Assembly (NCBI GenBank): GCA_963778655.1
Contig: CAVZVA010000010.1
Span: forward strand, 416,001-480,000
Direction of reading: 5' to 3'
Length of the DNA stretch: 64,000 nt
Origin: an uncultured delta proteobacterium
GTDB lineage: Bacteria > Myxococcota_A > Polyangia > Polyangiales > JAFGIB01
This document shows positions 9,038 through 18,527 of the stretch, one piece after another. The notes beneath the pieces were generated by a model that saw nothing but the letters and a program-made list of their open reading frames with translations, did no database searches and was not told where the DNA came from. A program made the position numbers and the translations under genes. Within the stretch, counting starts at the first letter, position 1, and every line of letters starts with the position of its first letter.

Positions 9038-10063
9038 CTACCCGCGCGCGGGCTGCTTGTCCGGGTGCTCCTTCACGATCTTCTCCACGCGGTCGAAGAT
9101 CTCTCGGCTGTAGCTGCGGCCGATCAGACCTTCGGCGATCTTGCGGCCCACGTCACGCCAGACCTTGGGGTCGTCGAAGTCGATCGCCTGGTAGCCGCGG
9201 TGCAGCAGCCGGTCGTATACGCGGACGTCGTCCTGGCGCGAGTCCTTGCGATTCTTCTCGAACTGCTCGCCCATCACCTTGGCGACTGCGTCCTGATCGG
9301 CCTTGCTGAAGCCATCCCACATCGGACGCCGCAGCAGGAACGCCCCCTGAATCACCGCGACCGGCATCGAAGAGACGAACTTGGTCTTGCTGGCCCACAT
9401 CAGCTGCGCGCCGAGCACGGGCGAGATCCAGACCACGTCGAGCATGTTGGTGGTGAGGCCGCTGTAGACCTCGCTCAGATCCACCGGGATGCCGGTGGCG
9501 TGGATCATCTTGTAGAACTCGCGCAGGGGCGCGTTCTCCGGGTACAGCCAGGGGCGCGCGTGGCGCAGGTCCTCGAAGTTGCGGATCGGCTTCTTGCTGA
9601 AGATGCGGGCTTGGCCGAGATCCCACCAGCCGAGAACCTTGAAGCCGTTGTTGTAAGCCTCGGGGTCGAACTCGGGCGCCAGCGCAGCGCGCACCGCGTC
9701 GACCTGCTCCCAGTTGGTGAACGTCTGAGGCATCATCAACACGGTGCACTGATGCACGACCTGGGTCACCACGTCGACGCCCAGCGGCGCGGCGTCGATC
9801 TGGCCGGCGCGCATCTTGCGCATCGCGGTCTTGTCGTCACCCGCGGTGCCGCCGTAGTAGAAGCGCAGCTGAATGCGGCCGTTGGTCTCCTCGGCCAGGC
9901 GCTTGTTGGTGCGCTTTTCTTGCAGGCTTAGCTGCGGGGTTCGGGTCTGAATGGTCGAGATCTTGATCACGACCTTGGACTGATCTTCGGCCCGGAGCTT
10001 CGCGCTGCCGGGCATCGCCAGCAGAAACGCGGACATCAGGATTGTGCACAGCGACGCTCGCAT
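9038..10063 (-). CDS. dctP: TRAP transporter substrate-binding protein, DctP family
   Basis: Signal peptide; ETNGRIQLRFYYGGTAG; KKPIRNFEDL; SEVYSGLTTNMLD; RBS TAAGGAGGAG before ATG 10063. Confidence 0.85.
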   Translation of the reverse strand: MRASLCTILMSAFLLAMPGSAKLRAEDQSKVVIKISTIQTRTPQLSLQEKRTNKRLAEETNGRIQLRFYYGGTAGDDKTAMRKMRAGQIDAAPLGVDVVTQVVHQCTVLMMPQTFTNWEQVDAVRAALAPEFDPEAYNNGFKVLGWWDLGQARIFSKKPIRNFEDLRHARPWLYPENAPLREFYKMIHATGIPVDLSEVYSGLTTNMLDVVWISPVLGAQLMWASKTKFVSSMPVAVIQGAFLLRRPMWDGFSKADQDAVAKVMGEQFEKNRKDSRQDDVRVYDRLLHRGYQAIDFDDPKVWRDVGRKIAEGLIGRSYSREIFDRVEKIVKEHPDKQPARG

Positions 10064-10310
10064 CGACTCCTCCTTAAAGGCACTACCGGATGAAACTCCC
10101 TGGGACCGCAGAGACTCGGCTCCGACCCGCCGTGTACCCGATCCCCGAATACCTGCCAACACCTTAGAGGCAAAAGACCGACACTGCCACCTGAGAGCTC
10201 GGTCGTCGGCGGTAGGTCCTGGGGCCACAGACGCGGCCGGGTCGCGATCGATTCACCGGGCGTGCTTCCCGGCTTCCCCAAAAACCCAGCTTTGGCGCCC
10301 GCGCGCGCAT

Positions 10311-10493
10311 TCAGCTTTCGGCCGCTGCGCTGACCTCGTACCCGTCCAGCTCCTCTGAAAACGTGGCGTAGATGCGATTGGGCCGGCAGCATACCGGACA
10401 GTCCTCGATGTACTGCTGCGTCAGACCCCCGCCCGGATCGGGATCGGTGTCGACTTCTTCACCGCAGTGCGGACAGCGGTAGAACGAGGCCAT
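10311..10493 (-). CDS. CPXCG-motif small cysteine-rich protein
   Basis: RCPHCGE...QQYIEDCPVCCRPN. Confidence 0.85.
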   Translation of the reverse strand: MASFYRCPHCGEEVDTDPDPGGGLTQQYIEDCPVCCRPNRIYATFSEELDGYEVSAAAES

Positions 10494-10682
10494 GGCTCCG
10501 CAGCAAGCATAGAGCGCATTGCGCGAAGCGCTCAATGCGGCATCCGCGGGCAAACACGCAGCTGGACGTCCCGGGCGCCGTTCTGCGACTTCGCTCACAC
10601 TTGAGCGGGCCTCGGCTCTATGTTGCGACGGCTCGAATTCGGAGCAGTATTGCCTCGTAGTACCTAGCGGCGAGCTTCGGAC

Positions 10683-12332
10683 ATGGGCCACTCCCAGCCA
10701 CGCGATGAGCCGCACGCGCGCGGCGTACACGAGGCGCTACAGCGGGGCCGCGCCGACTACGCGGCGCAGCGCTGGGTCAGCGCCTACGAGGCGTTCAGCT
10801 GCGCGGACGCCGCGGACCCGCTCGCGCGCCCCGACCTCGAGCAGCTGGCCTGGTCTGCGGCCTTGTCGGGCCGCGACCGAGAGATGCTCAAGCTGCTCGA
10901 GCGCCTCTATCATGCGCAGCTCGCGGCAACCGAGCAGCTGCCCGCCGCGCGTTCGGCATTTTGGCTCGGCATGCGGCTGTCCGCGCTCGGCGACCTGGGG
11001 CGTGCCAGCGGTTGGCTGGCGCGCGCGCAGCGACTGGTCGCGGGCGCGGGAAGCGAATGCGTGGAGCAGGGCTATCTGCTGTTGCCCGTGGTGCATCGGC
11101 AGCTGGCGGCCGGCGAGCACGACGCGGCCTGCGCAACGGCGGCCGAAGCGGCCACGATCGGCCTGCGCTTCGGCGAGACCGACTTGATCGCGCTGGCGCG
11201 CAACCTGAACGGACGCGCCCTGCTCAAGCGAGGGGATGTGGAGCGCGGCCTCGCGCTGCTCGATGAGGCCATGCTGGCCGTGACCGCGGGCGAGCTGTCG
11301 CCGCTCGTCACGGGCCTGATCTATTGCAACACGATCGCCGGTTGCCACCAGGTCTACGCGCTGGAGCGCGCGCGCGAGTGGACATCGGCGCTCAGCGACT
11401 GGTGCGCGGAGCGGCCCGAGCTGCTGACCTTCGCGGGAACGTGCCTGGTCCACCGCGCGGAGATCATGCAGCTCGGCGGCGACTGGCGTGAGGCGATCGA
11501 GACCGCGCAGGCTGTGAGCCACCCGGAGGCGCGTGCAGACGGACTGTACCAGCAGGCGGAGATCCATCGCCTGCGCGGCCAGCTCGCGCAGGCCGAACGC
11601 GCCTACCGCAGCGCGAGCGAGCACGGGCGCGAGCCGCAACCCGGGCTCGCGCTGCTGCGTCTCGCGCAGGGACGCGTGGACGCGGCCGCGGCCGCGATCC
11701 GCCGCGTCCTCGGCACCACCTCGGATCGACTCAAACGCGTGTGCTTCTTACCGGCCTGCCTCGAGATCATGCTCGCGGCCGGCTCTCCGGACGAAGCGCG
11801 GGCAGCCTGTCTGGAGCTGGAAGAGGTCGCGGCCTGCTACGGCACCGACGTGCTGGGTGCGCTCGCCGGCCACGCGCGTGGTGCCCTGCTGCTTTCGGAA
11901 GGCGACGCGCAAGCCGCGCTGCGCCCGTTGCGGGAGGCGTTCGTGGTGTGGCAGCGGGTGGGCGCGCCGTACCTCGCGGCACGGCTGCGGGTGACGCTTG
12001 CGCGGGCCAACCGCGCGTTGGGCGACCAGGACGGCTGCGCGCTCGAGCTCGAAGCCGCGCGCGCGGTGTTCGAGCGGCTCGGCGCGACGCCCGATGTCGC
12101 ACGCATCGACGCAGAGCGTGCGGGCGGCGCGGGACGCGCACACGGCCTGAGCGCGCGCGAGCTGCAAGTGCTGAAGCTCGTGGCCGCCGGCAAGACCAAC
12201 AAGGCGATCGCCAGCGAGCTTCACCTGAGCGAAAAGACGGTGGACCGCCATCTGAGCAACATCTTCACCAAGCTCGACGTCGCCTCGCGCACGGCCGCCA
12301 CGGCGTACGCCTACGAGCGGGGATTGGTCTGA
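10683..12332 (+). CDS. LuxR-family transcriptional regulator with N-terminal TPR-like region
   Basis: C-terminal LSARELQVLKLVAAGKTNKAIASELHLSEKTVDRHLSNIFTKL HTH. Confidence 0.92.
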   Translation: MGHSQPRDEPHARGVHEALQRGRADYAAQRWVSAYEAFSCADAADPLARPDLEQLAWSAALSGRDREMLKLLERLYHAQLAATEQLPAARSAFWLGMRLSALGDLGRASGWLARAQRLVAGAGSECVEQGYLLLPVVHRQLAAGEHDAACATAAEAATIGLRFGETDLIALARNLNGRALLKRGDVERGLALLDEAMLAVTAGELSPLVTGLIYCNTIAGCHQVYALERAREWTSALSDWCAERPELLTFAGTCLVHRAEIMQLGGDWREAIETAQAVSHPEARADGLYQQAEIHRLRGQLAQAERAYRSASEHGREPQPGLALLRLAQGRVDAAAAAIRRVLGTTSDRLKRVCFLPACLEIMLAAGSPDEARAACLELEEVAACYGTDVLGALAGHARGALLLSEGDAQAALRPLREAFVVWQRVGAPYLAARLRVTLARANRALGDQDGCALELEAARAVFERLGATPDVARIDAERAGGAGRAHGLSARELQVLKLVAAGKTNKAIASELHLSEKTVDRHLSNIFTKLDVASRTAATAYAYERGLV

Positions 12333-12357
12333 CCCGACTCCGAAGCCACCGGCGCCC

Positions 12358-12379
12358 GCGTGGGTGAAACCACCCATGC
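12358..12379. promoter_or_regulatory. inverted repeat between luxR and monooxygenase (terminator or operator candidate)
   Basis: GCGTGGGTG-AAAC-CACCCATGC. Confidence 0.35.
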
Positions 12380-12489
12380 CCGCGCGCCGTGAAATTGGGG
12401 AATTGCCCTGAAGCGCGAGCGGGCTCCGGGGCGCCAGGCTCTTCTTCGAACGCCCCCGCTGCGGGCGGGGAAACCCACGAGGAGGAGCG

Positions 12490-13737
12490 ATGACCAAGCA
12501 AGCACGAATCCAGTCCCCCACCGGGCCGCTGATCGAGGAGGGCACCGCGTTCATGCGACTGGCCGGCTTCGACGGGAGCCTACACGCGGGGGCGGCGGCC
12601 GCCGCCTCCGACGCCTCCGCGCGTTCTGCGCAGCCGCAGCCCGAGCACGCGCGCTACGACGTGATCGTGATCGGGGGCGGCCAGGCCGGGCTGTCGGTCG
12701 GCTACTACCTGGCGCGGCGCGGCCTGCGCTTCGTGATCCTCGACGCGTGCGCGCGCATCGGCGACAGCTGGCGCTCGCGCTGGGACTCGTTGCGCCTGTT
12801 CACGCCGGCGCGCTTCGATGCGTTGGTGGGGCTGCCCTTCCCGGCGCCGCCCGACTCGTTTCCGACCAAGGACCAGATGGGCGACTACCTGGAGCGCTAC
12901 GCTGCGCACTTTCGCCTGCCGGTGCGCAGCGGCGTGCGGGTCGAGCGCCTGTTCATGCGGGACGGACGCTACGTGGTGCGGGCCGGCGAGCTCGAGCTGC
13001 AGGCCGACCAGGTGGTGGTCGCGATGGCCAGCTACCAGCAGCGTCGCGTGCCGGCATTCGCCGCGCAGCTGCGCCCGGACATCGCGCAGCTGCACTCGAG
13101 CCAGTACCGCAACCCGGCGCAGCTGCGGCCCGGCGCGGTGCTGCTCGCGGGCGCCGGCAACTCGGGCGCCGAGATCGCGGTGGAGCTGGCGAGCGCGCAT
13201 CCGACCTGGCTCGCGGGCAGAGACACCGGCCACGTTCCGTTCCGCATCAGCAGCTGGCTGGGGCGCACGTTGCTGGTGCGACTGGTGCTGCGGGTGCTGT
13301 TCCACCGGGTGATGACCGTACGCACGCCCATCGGCCGCAAGCTGCGAGCCAACGCGCTCGCGCACGGTGGTCCGCTGATCCGCACCAGGCCCCAGGAGCT
13401 CGCGGCCGCCGGCGTCCAGCGAGCACCGCGCGTCGAAGGCGTACGCGACGGGCTGCCGCTGCTCGAGGACGGCCGCACGCTCGAGGTGAGCAACGTCGTC
13501 TGGTGCACCGGCTTCGACCCGGGATTCTCGTGGATCGAGCTGCCGATCTTCGACGCTCACGGCGAGCCCTTGCACGACTCAGGCGTGGCCATGCGCGCGC
13601 CGGGCCTGTACTTCGTCGGCCTGCACTTTCTCTATGCGATGTCGTCGACGATGATCCACGGCGTCGGCAGGGACGCCGAGCGCATCGTCGACGCGCTCGC
13701 ACACCGGGTGCGGAAGCCGGCCGGGCAACCGCGATGA
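12490..13737 (+). CDS. flavin-containing monooxygenase-like NAD(P)/FAD oxidoreductase
   Basis: VIGGGQAG, GDSWRSRWDSLRLFTP, LHSSQYRNP, GAGNSG, WCTGF; RBS GAGGAGG. Confidence 0.9.
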   Translation: MTKQARIQSPTGPLIEEGTAFMRLAGFDGSLHAGAAAAASDASARSAQPQPEHARYDVIVIGGGQAGLSVGYYLARRGLRFVILDACARIGDSWRSRWDSLRLFTPARFDALVGLPFPAPPDSFPTKDQMGDYLERYAAHFRLPVRSGVRVERLFMRDGRYVVRAGELELQADQVVVAMASYQQRRVPAFAAQLRPDIAQLHSSQYRNPAQLRPGAVLLAGAGNSGAEIAVELASAHPTWLAGRDTGHVPFRISSWLGRTLLVRLVLRVLFHRVMTVRTPIGRKLRANALAHGGPLIRTRPQELAAAGVQRAPRVEGVRDGLPLLEDGRTLEVSNVVWCTGFDPGFSWIELPIFDAHGEPLHDSGVAMRAPGLYFVGLHFLYAMSSTMIHGVGRDAERIVDALAHRVRKPAGQPR

Positions 13738-13783
13738 CCGACGGCGGGACGCGCGCGCCTTGCGGCGGGCGCGTCCCGGAAGG

Positions 13784-14377
13784 TCACATGCCGGCGTCCA
13801 TGTCCATGTTTTCGATCGGCGTGCCGTCGCAGTGCATGGGATCGGGGATCGTGAAGGCGCCGCCGCCGCCGCCGAAGTTACCGAACATCATCTTGATCGT
13901 GCCGAGATCGATGCAGCCGCCGCCCTGCAACGCGCCGCTGATGCCGCACAGGTTGTCCGCGGTGCAGCATGGCGCGGCGATGCCGCCGAAGGCGCTCGGG
14001 CAACGGTTGTCGACCGGAGGCGGCGCTTGGCACTGCATCGTCGACGTCGAGATGGTGCCGCAGGTGCTGGTCGTTTCGTCGGCGCAGCAGACCTGCGCGA
14101 ACATGGGTCCGAAGCCGCCCATCATCGAGCCCGCGACCGCGCCCGCACACATGGTGTCGCCGCAGGGCACGTTCATCACGACCGCACCCGTCATGCCGCC
14201 GGTGCCCATGGTGGTGCCGCCGGTGCCCATGGTGGTGCCGCCGGTGCCGCCCGTGCTCATGTCCGTACCGCCAGTGCCGGCCGTATCCCCGGTCGGGCCC
14301 GTGTCCTTGCTCTTGCTGCAGCCCGCCAGGCTCAAACCAATCGCCACGACTGCAACGCACCAGATTCGCTTATCCAT
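13784..14377 (-). CDS. Cys-rich lipoprotein with Gly/Thr linker, unknown function
   Basis: Lipobox LAGC; GTGGTTM repeats; CC/C pattern; RBS GAGGA. Confidence 0.75.
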   Translation of the reverse strand: MDKRIWCVAVVAIGLSLAGCSKSKDTGPTGDTAGTGGTDMSTGGTGGTTMGTGGTTMGTGGMTGAVVMNVPCGDTMCAGAVAGSMMGGFGPMFAQVCCADETTSTCGTISTSTMQCQAPPPVDNRCPSAFGGIAAPCCTADNLCGISGALQGGGCIDLGTIKMMFGNFGGGGGAFTIPDPMHCDGTPIENMDMDAGM

Positions 14378-14635
14378 CACGACCATCCTCTTGAGAGTGC
14401 ACCCTTTGTGCGGGCGGCAGGTACGCGAGCTACCTACGCGCGCCCATTCTTGGGCGACTTTCGGCTGATTGTAGACGAAAACGCAAGTGGGCAGGCGGGC
14501 GAATCCGGTGGGGGCGAAGGCGCGCAGCTTGTGACTCTTCCCCAGACAGGGACATCACGCGGATGCGAGCAAACACGCGCATTGCTTTGTCTCAGTAGGC
14601 GATGGTAGGTTCCGGAAGGTTTTTGCCGGAGGACG

Positions 14636-15481
14636 ATGGTGATGGTGGTTTTGCGGAGGAATTCTGCTTTCGCGGTCGCGCTGCTCGGCGCCGCGCTGTG
14701 TGCGTGTGCGAGCAAGTCGAACGGCGGCAGCACCGACAACGGTGGTGCGGGTACATCCGGCACGGCCGGCACCGGCACGCCGCCTGCGGGCGGCGCTTCG
14801 AACGTCAACGACACCAACCCGGTAGGGACGGATCTGCAGATCGCGTTCAACCCGATGTACTCGGGCTACGACGGGGTCCGTACCTTCAAGATCCCGGCGA
14901 TCGTGCCCGGGCTGACCAACGTGAGCTGGTCGGCGTCGGACGTGTCGTACGTCTCGCTCGAGAACGATCCCACCACTGGCGGCGTGCTGATCACCACCAA
15001 GAAGGCGGGCACGGTCAAGATCATCGCGCGCAACAACGGCCTGAGCGGCTCGGCCGATCTGACCATCACCGCGTACGACCCGGCGGACTGCCAGGCGGGC
15101 GACGACCGCTACAACAACGACAAGGGTCTCGACGGCGGCTCGTTCTTCCAGGTGTTCAGCGCCGACACGCCCAAGGACGTGTCCTGCCACAGCTGCCACG
15201 GCGACAGCGCCCAGTTCCTCTCGGTGCAGCACACGCCCCAGCAGACCGGCGGCTGGACCGACGATGACCTGATCAACATCTTCACCAAGGGCTTCAAGCC
15301 CAACGGCAGCGTGTTCGTGACCATGACGCCGCCGCAGCTCTATCAGATGTTCCATCAGTGGCAGGTGACCGAACAGGAGAAGACCGGCATCGTCTGCTAC
15401 CTGCGCTCGCTCGAGCCCAAGACCCAGGGCGCGCTCGACTTCCAGGGCCTGATGCCGGGCGGCACGGCAGCCGGCCACTGA
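14636..15481 (+). CDS. lipoprotein with Ig-like region and one c-type heme motif
   Basis: Lipobox LCAC; CHSCH motif; C-terminal VCYLRSL typical of cytochrome c; RBS GGAGG. Confidence 0.7.
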   Translation: MVMVVLRRNSAFAVALLGAALCACASKSNGGSTDNGGAGTSGTAGTGTPPAGGASNVNDTNPVGTDLQIAFNPMYSGYDGVRTFKIPAIVPGLTNVSWSASDVSYVSLENDPTTGGVLITTKKAGTVKIIARNNGLSGSADLTITAYDPADCQAGDDRYNNDKGLDGGSFFQVFSADTPKDVSCHSCHGDSAQFLSVQHTPQQTGGWTDDDLINIFTKGFKPNGSVFVTMTPPQLYQMFHQWQVTEQEKTGIVCYLRSLEPKTQGALDFQGLMPGGTAAGH

Positions 15482-15591
15482 GCCGGCCGGGACTGTGTCG
15501 CAGGCTGCCCGCTCGGCGCAGCCGGGGGCTGACTTTGGCCGCCCGGCCGCGTTGACGGGGCGCGCCCGCTGTCCTATTGCAAATGGCGAGT

Positions 15592-16671
15592 ATGACACGG
15601 CGGCTAGGCACCCTGCTCTTCGTGGCATTGCCCCTGCTAGGCTGCGCTGTTGCGCACGACGTCGATGGCGCCGGCGGGAGCACGACCAGCGGCGCTGTGG
15701 TCAACGCGAAGCAGGAGCTCGCGTGCGAGCACGACGGCGTGGATTCGCTGACCGGGCTGCCCGACCATCTCGAGTGCACGGGCCTGTACGCCGACATCGT
15801 GAGCAAGACGCCCGCCGAGGGCGTCGAGCCGTACAGCCCGGCGGTGTGGCTGTGGTCCGACGGCGCGGACAAGCACCGCTGGATCTCGCTGCCCGAGGGC
15901 ACCAAGATCGACGCCTCCTCGCCCAACGACTGGGTCTTCCCGGTGGGCACGAAGCTCTTCAAGGAGTTCGCTGTCGCCGGGCACCGCATCGAGACGCGCT
16001 TGTTCGAAAAGCAGAGCGATCGCTGGGTGCGCACGACCTACGCATGGAACGCGGACGAGACCAGCGCCACGCGCTCGGACGGCGGCGACATCACCATCGC
16101 AGGCGGCCAGCCCTATCACCTGCCGACGGCCAAGGAATGCGACGAGTGCCACCAGGGGCGCAAGGATCGCGCGCTCGGCTTCGAGCAGATCCTGCTCGGA
16201 CTAGACGGCGCAACCGGCATGAACCTGGCCAAGCTCGCGCAGAAGAAGCTGATCGAGCCGGTGCCCGCTCAGCTGAACCTGCAAGTCGCCGACGACGGCA
16301 CCGGCAATGCGGTGGAAGTGCTCAGCTGGATGCACGTCAACTGCGGCGTGAGCTGCCACAACGCAAATCCCAATGCCGCGGGCCACTCGACCAAGCTGCA
16401 CCTGAAGCTCGACGTCGACCAGCTCGACGGTAGCTCCGCGACCGAGTACGAGACGCTGACCACGACCATCAACGTGGCGGCTACCACCCCGCGCTGGGGC
16501 GGCAAGATCCGCATCGTCCCGGGCTCGCCCGAGAACAGCCTGCTCTACCAGCTGGCGAGCAACCGCGGCGGCGGCGAGAACGATCAGATGCCCCCGATCG
16601 CCACCACCATCGTCGATCCGACGATCATCAGCAAGCTGGCGACCTGGATCCGCAGCCTCCCCACCCAGTAG
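15592..16671 (+). CDS. SO2930-like diheme c-type cytochrome lipoprotein
   Basis: Lipobox LLGC; LWSDGADKHRW, FPVGT..KEF, IETRL; CDECH and CGVSCH; PGSPENSLL; QMPP. Confidence 0.8.
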   Translation: MTRRLGTLLFVALPLLGCAVAHDVDGAGGSTTSGAVVNAKQELACEHDGVDSLTGLPDHLECTGLYADIVSKTPAEGVEPYSPAVWLWSDGADKHRWISLPEGTKIDASSPNDWVFPVGTKLFKEFAVAGHRIETRLFEKQSDRWVRTTYAWNADETSATRSDGGDITIAGGQPYHLPTAKECDECHQGRKDRALGFEQILLGLDGATGMNLAKLAQKKLIEPVPAQLNLQVADDGTGNAVEVLSWMHVNCGVSCHNANPNAAGHSTKLHLKLDVDQLDGSSATEYETLTTTINVAATTPRWGGKIRIVPGSPENSLLYQLASNRGGGENDQMPPIATTIVDPTIISKLATWIRSLPTQ

Positions 16672-16690
16672 CCGCCGCGAGTTGCGCTCG

Positions 16691-16821
16691 TAGTTTCGGC
16701 GCAGCAGGGTCCAGGAGCGAGCGCCCCCGCAGGGCCGGACCGAGGAGGTAAGTCGCTCCTGGACGCCGCAGGGCCGGACCGAGGAGGTAAGTCGCTCCTG
16801 GACGCTGCTGCGCCGAAGCTA
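16691..16821. mobile_element. MITE-like element, ~30-bp imperfect TIRs with internal 39-bp duplication
   Basis: TAGTTTCGGCGCAGCAGGGTCCAGGAGCGA ... TCGCTCCTGGACGCTGCTGCGCCGAAGCTA; right end supplies the DUF4266 TAG stop. Confidence 0.65.
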
Positions 16822-17028
16822 ATTGCAGCCGCAGCCGCCGCCGGATGCGCCGACCGCGCCGCCCGAGCCTTCGCGGTACTCGGTGGCGTGCTCCTCGCCG
16901 GCGGCGAGGTCGCCGTTACGCTCCAGCTGCATGTCGGGGCGCGCCAGTGTCTCGCGCTGGTAAGGCGCCACCGTCGCGCACGCGCTGCAACCGAGCACCA
17001 CGACGACGAGGACGGTCCAGATGCGCAT
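16819..17028 (-). CDS. DUF4266 family small lipoprotein
   Basis: CATVAPYQRETLARPDM...REGSGG...GGGCGCN. Confidence 0.9.
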   Translation of the reverse strand: MRIWTVLVVVVLGCSACATVAPYQRETLARPDMQLERNGDLAAGEEHATEYREGSGGAVGASGGGCGCN

Positions 17029-17040
17029 GGCAGGCTCCTT

Positions 17041-17532
17041 TCAGTGGCCGGTGCTCGCGGCCGGCGCGGTGCTGCCGCCGAGCACCCAGCGCGCGATCAC
17101 GAGGTAACCTTGGTCGTTGACCGTGCGGTAGAGGTTGCGGCCGAAGCTGTCGGCGCCCAGATGCCCGGCGCCGCCGGCCTCGACCGCGAGCGGCTTGCGC
17201 AACAGCAGCGAGCGGCTCGGGTCGTGCGGGTCGATCATGGACAGCGCGGACTGAAAGCTGTGCGTGGCCTCATCCGCGGTGAGCCCGTCGAATTCGCGCG
17301 TGGTCGTTGGATCGAAGCGCACCCGCCCCGGGCCCCACACGCGCAGGAAGCGCTGGCTCGAGCCGTGGCAGGTCGGAAAGCCGCAGTCGCGGATCAACAC
17401 GGGCAGCACATCGGCGCGGAACTCTGTGAAGTTACGCGAGGGCTTCTGCCAGCCCTCATCCTTGTGATCGCAGCCGGCACCGGCACAACCGAGCGCGGAC
17501 ACGAGCAGCAGCATGTGGAAGCGCCTGCTCAT
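17041..17532 (-). CDS. lipoprotein with atypical heme motif (CGFPTCH), planctomycete cytochrome c-like
   Basis: Lipobox GAGC; VLPVLIRDCGFPTCHG; SLLLRKP...GH; ATGA overlap with upstream gene. Confidence 0.7.
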   Translation of the reverse strand: MSRRFHMLLLVSALGCAGAGCDHKDEGWQKPSRNFTEFRADVLPVLIRDCGFPTCHGSSQRFLRVWGPGRVRFDPTTTREFDGLTADEATHSFQSALSMIDPHDPSRSLLLRKPLAVEAGGAGHLGADSFGRNLYRTVNDQGYLVIARWVLGGSTAPAASTGH

Positions 17533-18527
17533 AGGGCCCCCGAGACGCGCAGCGTGGCGAAGCGCTCGACGTCGGTGAAGATGGGACCCGCGTTCTCGCT
17601 GGAGGCGAAGGCGTGGGATTCGCGGTAGCAGAGCTCGAGCCTGAATACGGGCCCGAGCCGGGCCTGCAGCCGGGCTTCGCCGCCGACCGCGGCGCCCTGC
17701 GCGGCCACGCCTTCGACCCGTAGCGCGTGATCCACGGCCACGATCCATTGCAGCTCCGGGCCGAAACGCAAGCGCAGCACGCCAGCCAGCGGCAGCACCA
17801 GCTCGGCGCGCAGCTGGGGGCCGAGCAAGCTGTAGCCGACCAGCGGTTGCTCGTGCACGGTGGGCCAGAAGGTCCGGACGCCCACCCCGATCGGAAACGC
17901 GAGCGACGGGGCCGACTCGCCATCGCCCAAGCGAAACGCCGGCGCCGCGCTCAGCTCCGCGCGCTCGGCGCGCGCGCTCACCTGATTCGGCAAGGCGAAC
18001 GGCGGCAGCTGGCGTACGTGCAGCCCGATCGAGCTCTGATAGCGCAGCAGCAGCTCCAGCGAGAAGCGCCGCGCAGGCCAGACCGAGACGCCCAACCCGA
18101 CCTCCGCCGCGGGGAAGAACGCGGTGGGCAGCTGCTGGCCGGTGGCCATCTGGGTCGGCCTGCGGAAGGCGCGCGTGCCGAAGCCGAAGCCCACGAACGG
18201 CTCGACCACCACCTGCGGCCCCGGCGCGACAGCCGGCGGCGCGGATTCGGCCGGCGCCTGCGGCGGGGCCGGGGTGGGCTCGGCGGCTGGCGCGGATTCG
18301 GGCTGCTCGTCCGTGGACGCCGTCGCGTCGCCCTCTTCGTCGGCGCGGTCGGCCGCCGCGGACGCCGCGGCGCGCTGCGCCCAGACGCTGCCCGGCGCCA
18401 GCCCCAGCAGCAGCGGCAGCAGCAGCCAGGCCGCGAGCGGCCCGCGCTCGAGGCTCCGCCGGCCGCGCAGCAGGACGGGCCCGCGGGGAACGTCCCCGCC
18501 GGAGCGTTGCTGGAGGCCCGCGCTCAT
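17529..18527 (-). CDS. exported protein, probable outer-membrane beta-barrel
   Basis: Signal peptide (VWA-Q); Pro/Ala linker; alternating beta strands ending ATLRVSGAL. Confidence 0.6.
   Translation of the reverse strand: MSAGLQQRSGGDVPRGPVLLRGRRSLERGPLAAWLLLPLLLGLAPGSVWAQRAAASAAADRADEEGDATASTDEQPESAPAAEPTPAPPQAPAESAPPAVAPGPQVVVEPFVGFGFGTRAFRRPTQMATGQQLPTAFFPAAEVGLGVSVWPARRFSLELLLRYQSSIGLHVRQLPPFALPNQVSARAERAELSAAPAFRLGDGESAPSLAFPIGVGVRTFWPTVHEQPLVGYSLLGPQLRAELVLPLAGVLRLRFGPELQWIVAVDHALRVEGVAAQGAAVGGEARLQARLGPVFRLELCYRESHAFASSENAGPIFTDVERFATLRVSGAL

Noticed and set aside
14190..14290. 21-bp tandem repeat (GTGGTTM), and Pro/Ala/Glu run at 30020-30250
   Set aside because: Ordinary low-complexity linkers of exported proteins.
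16728..16805. Mini-CRISPR from the 39-bp duplication
   Set aside because: Two abutting copies with no spacer, inside an inverted-repeat element.
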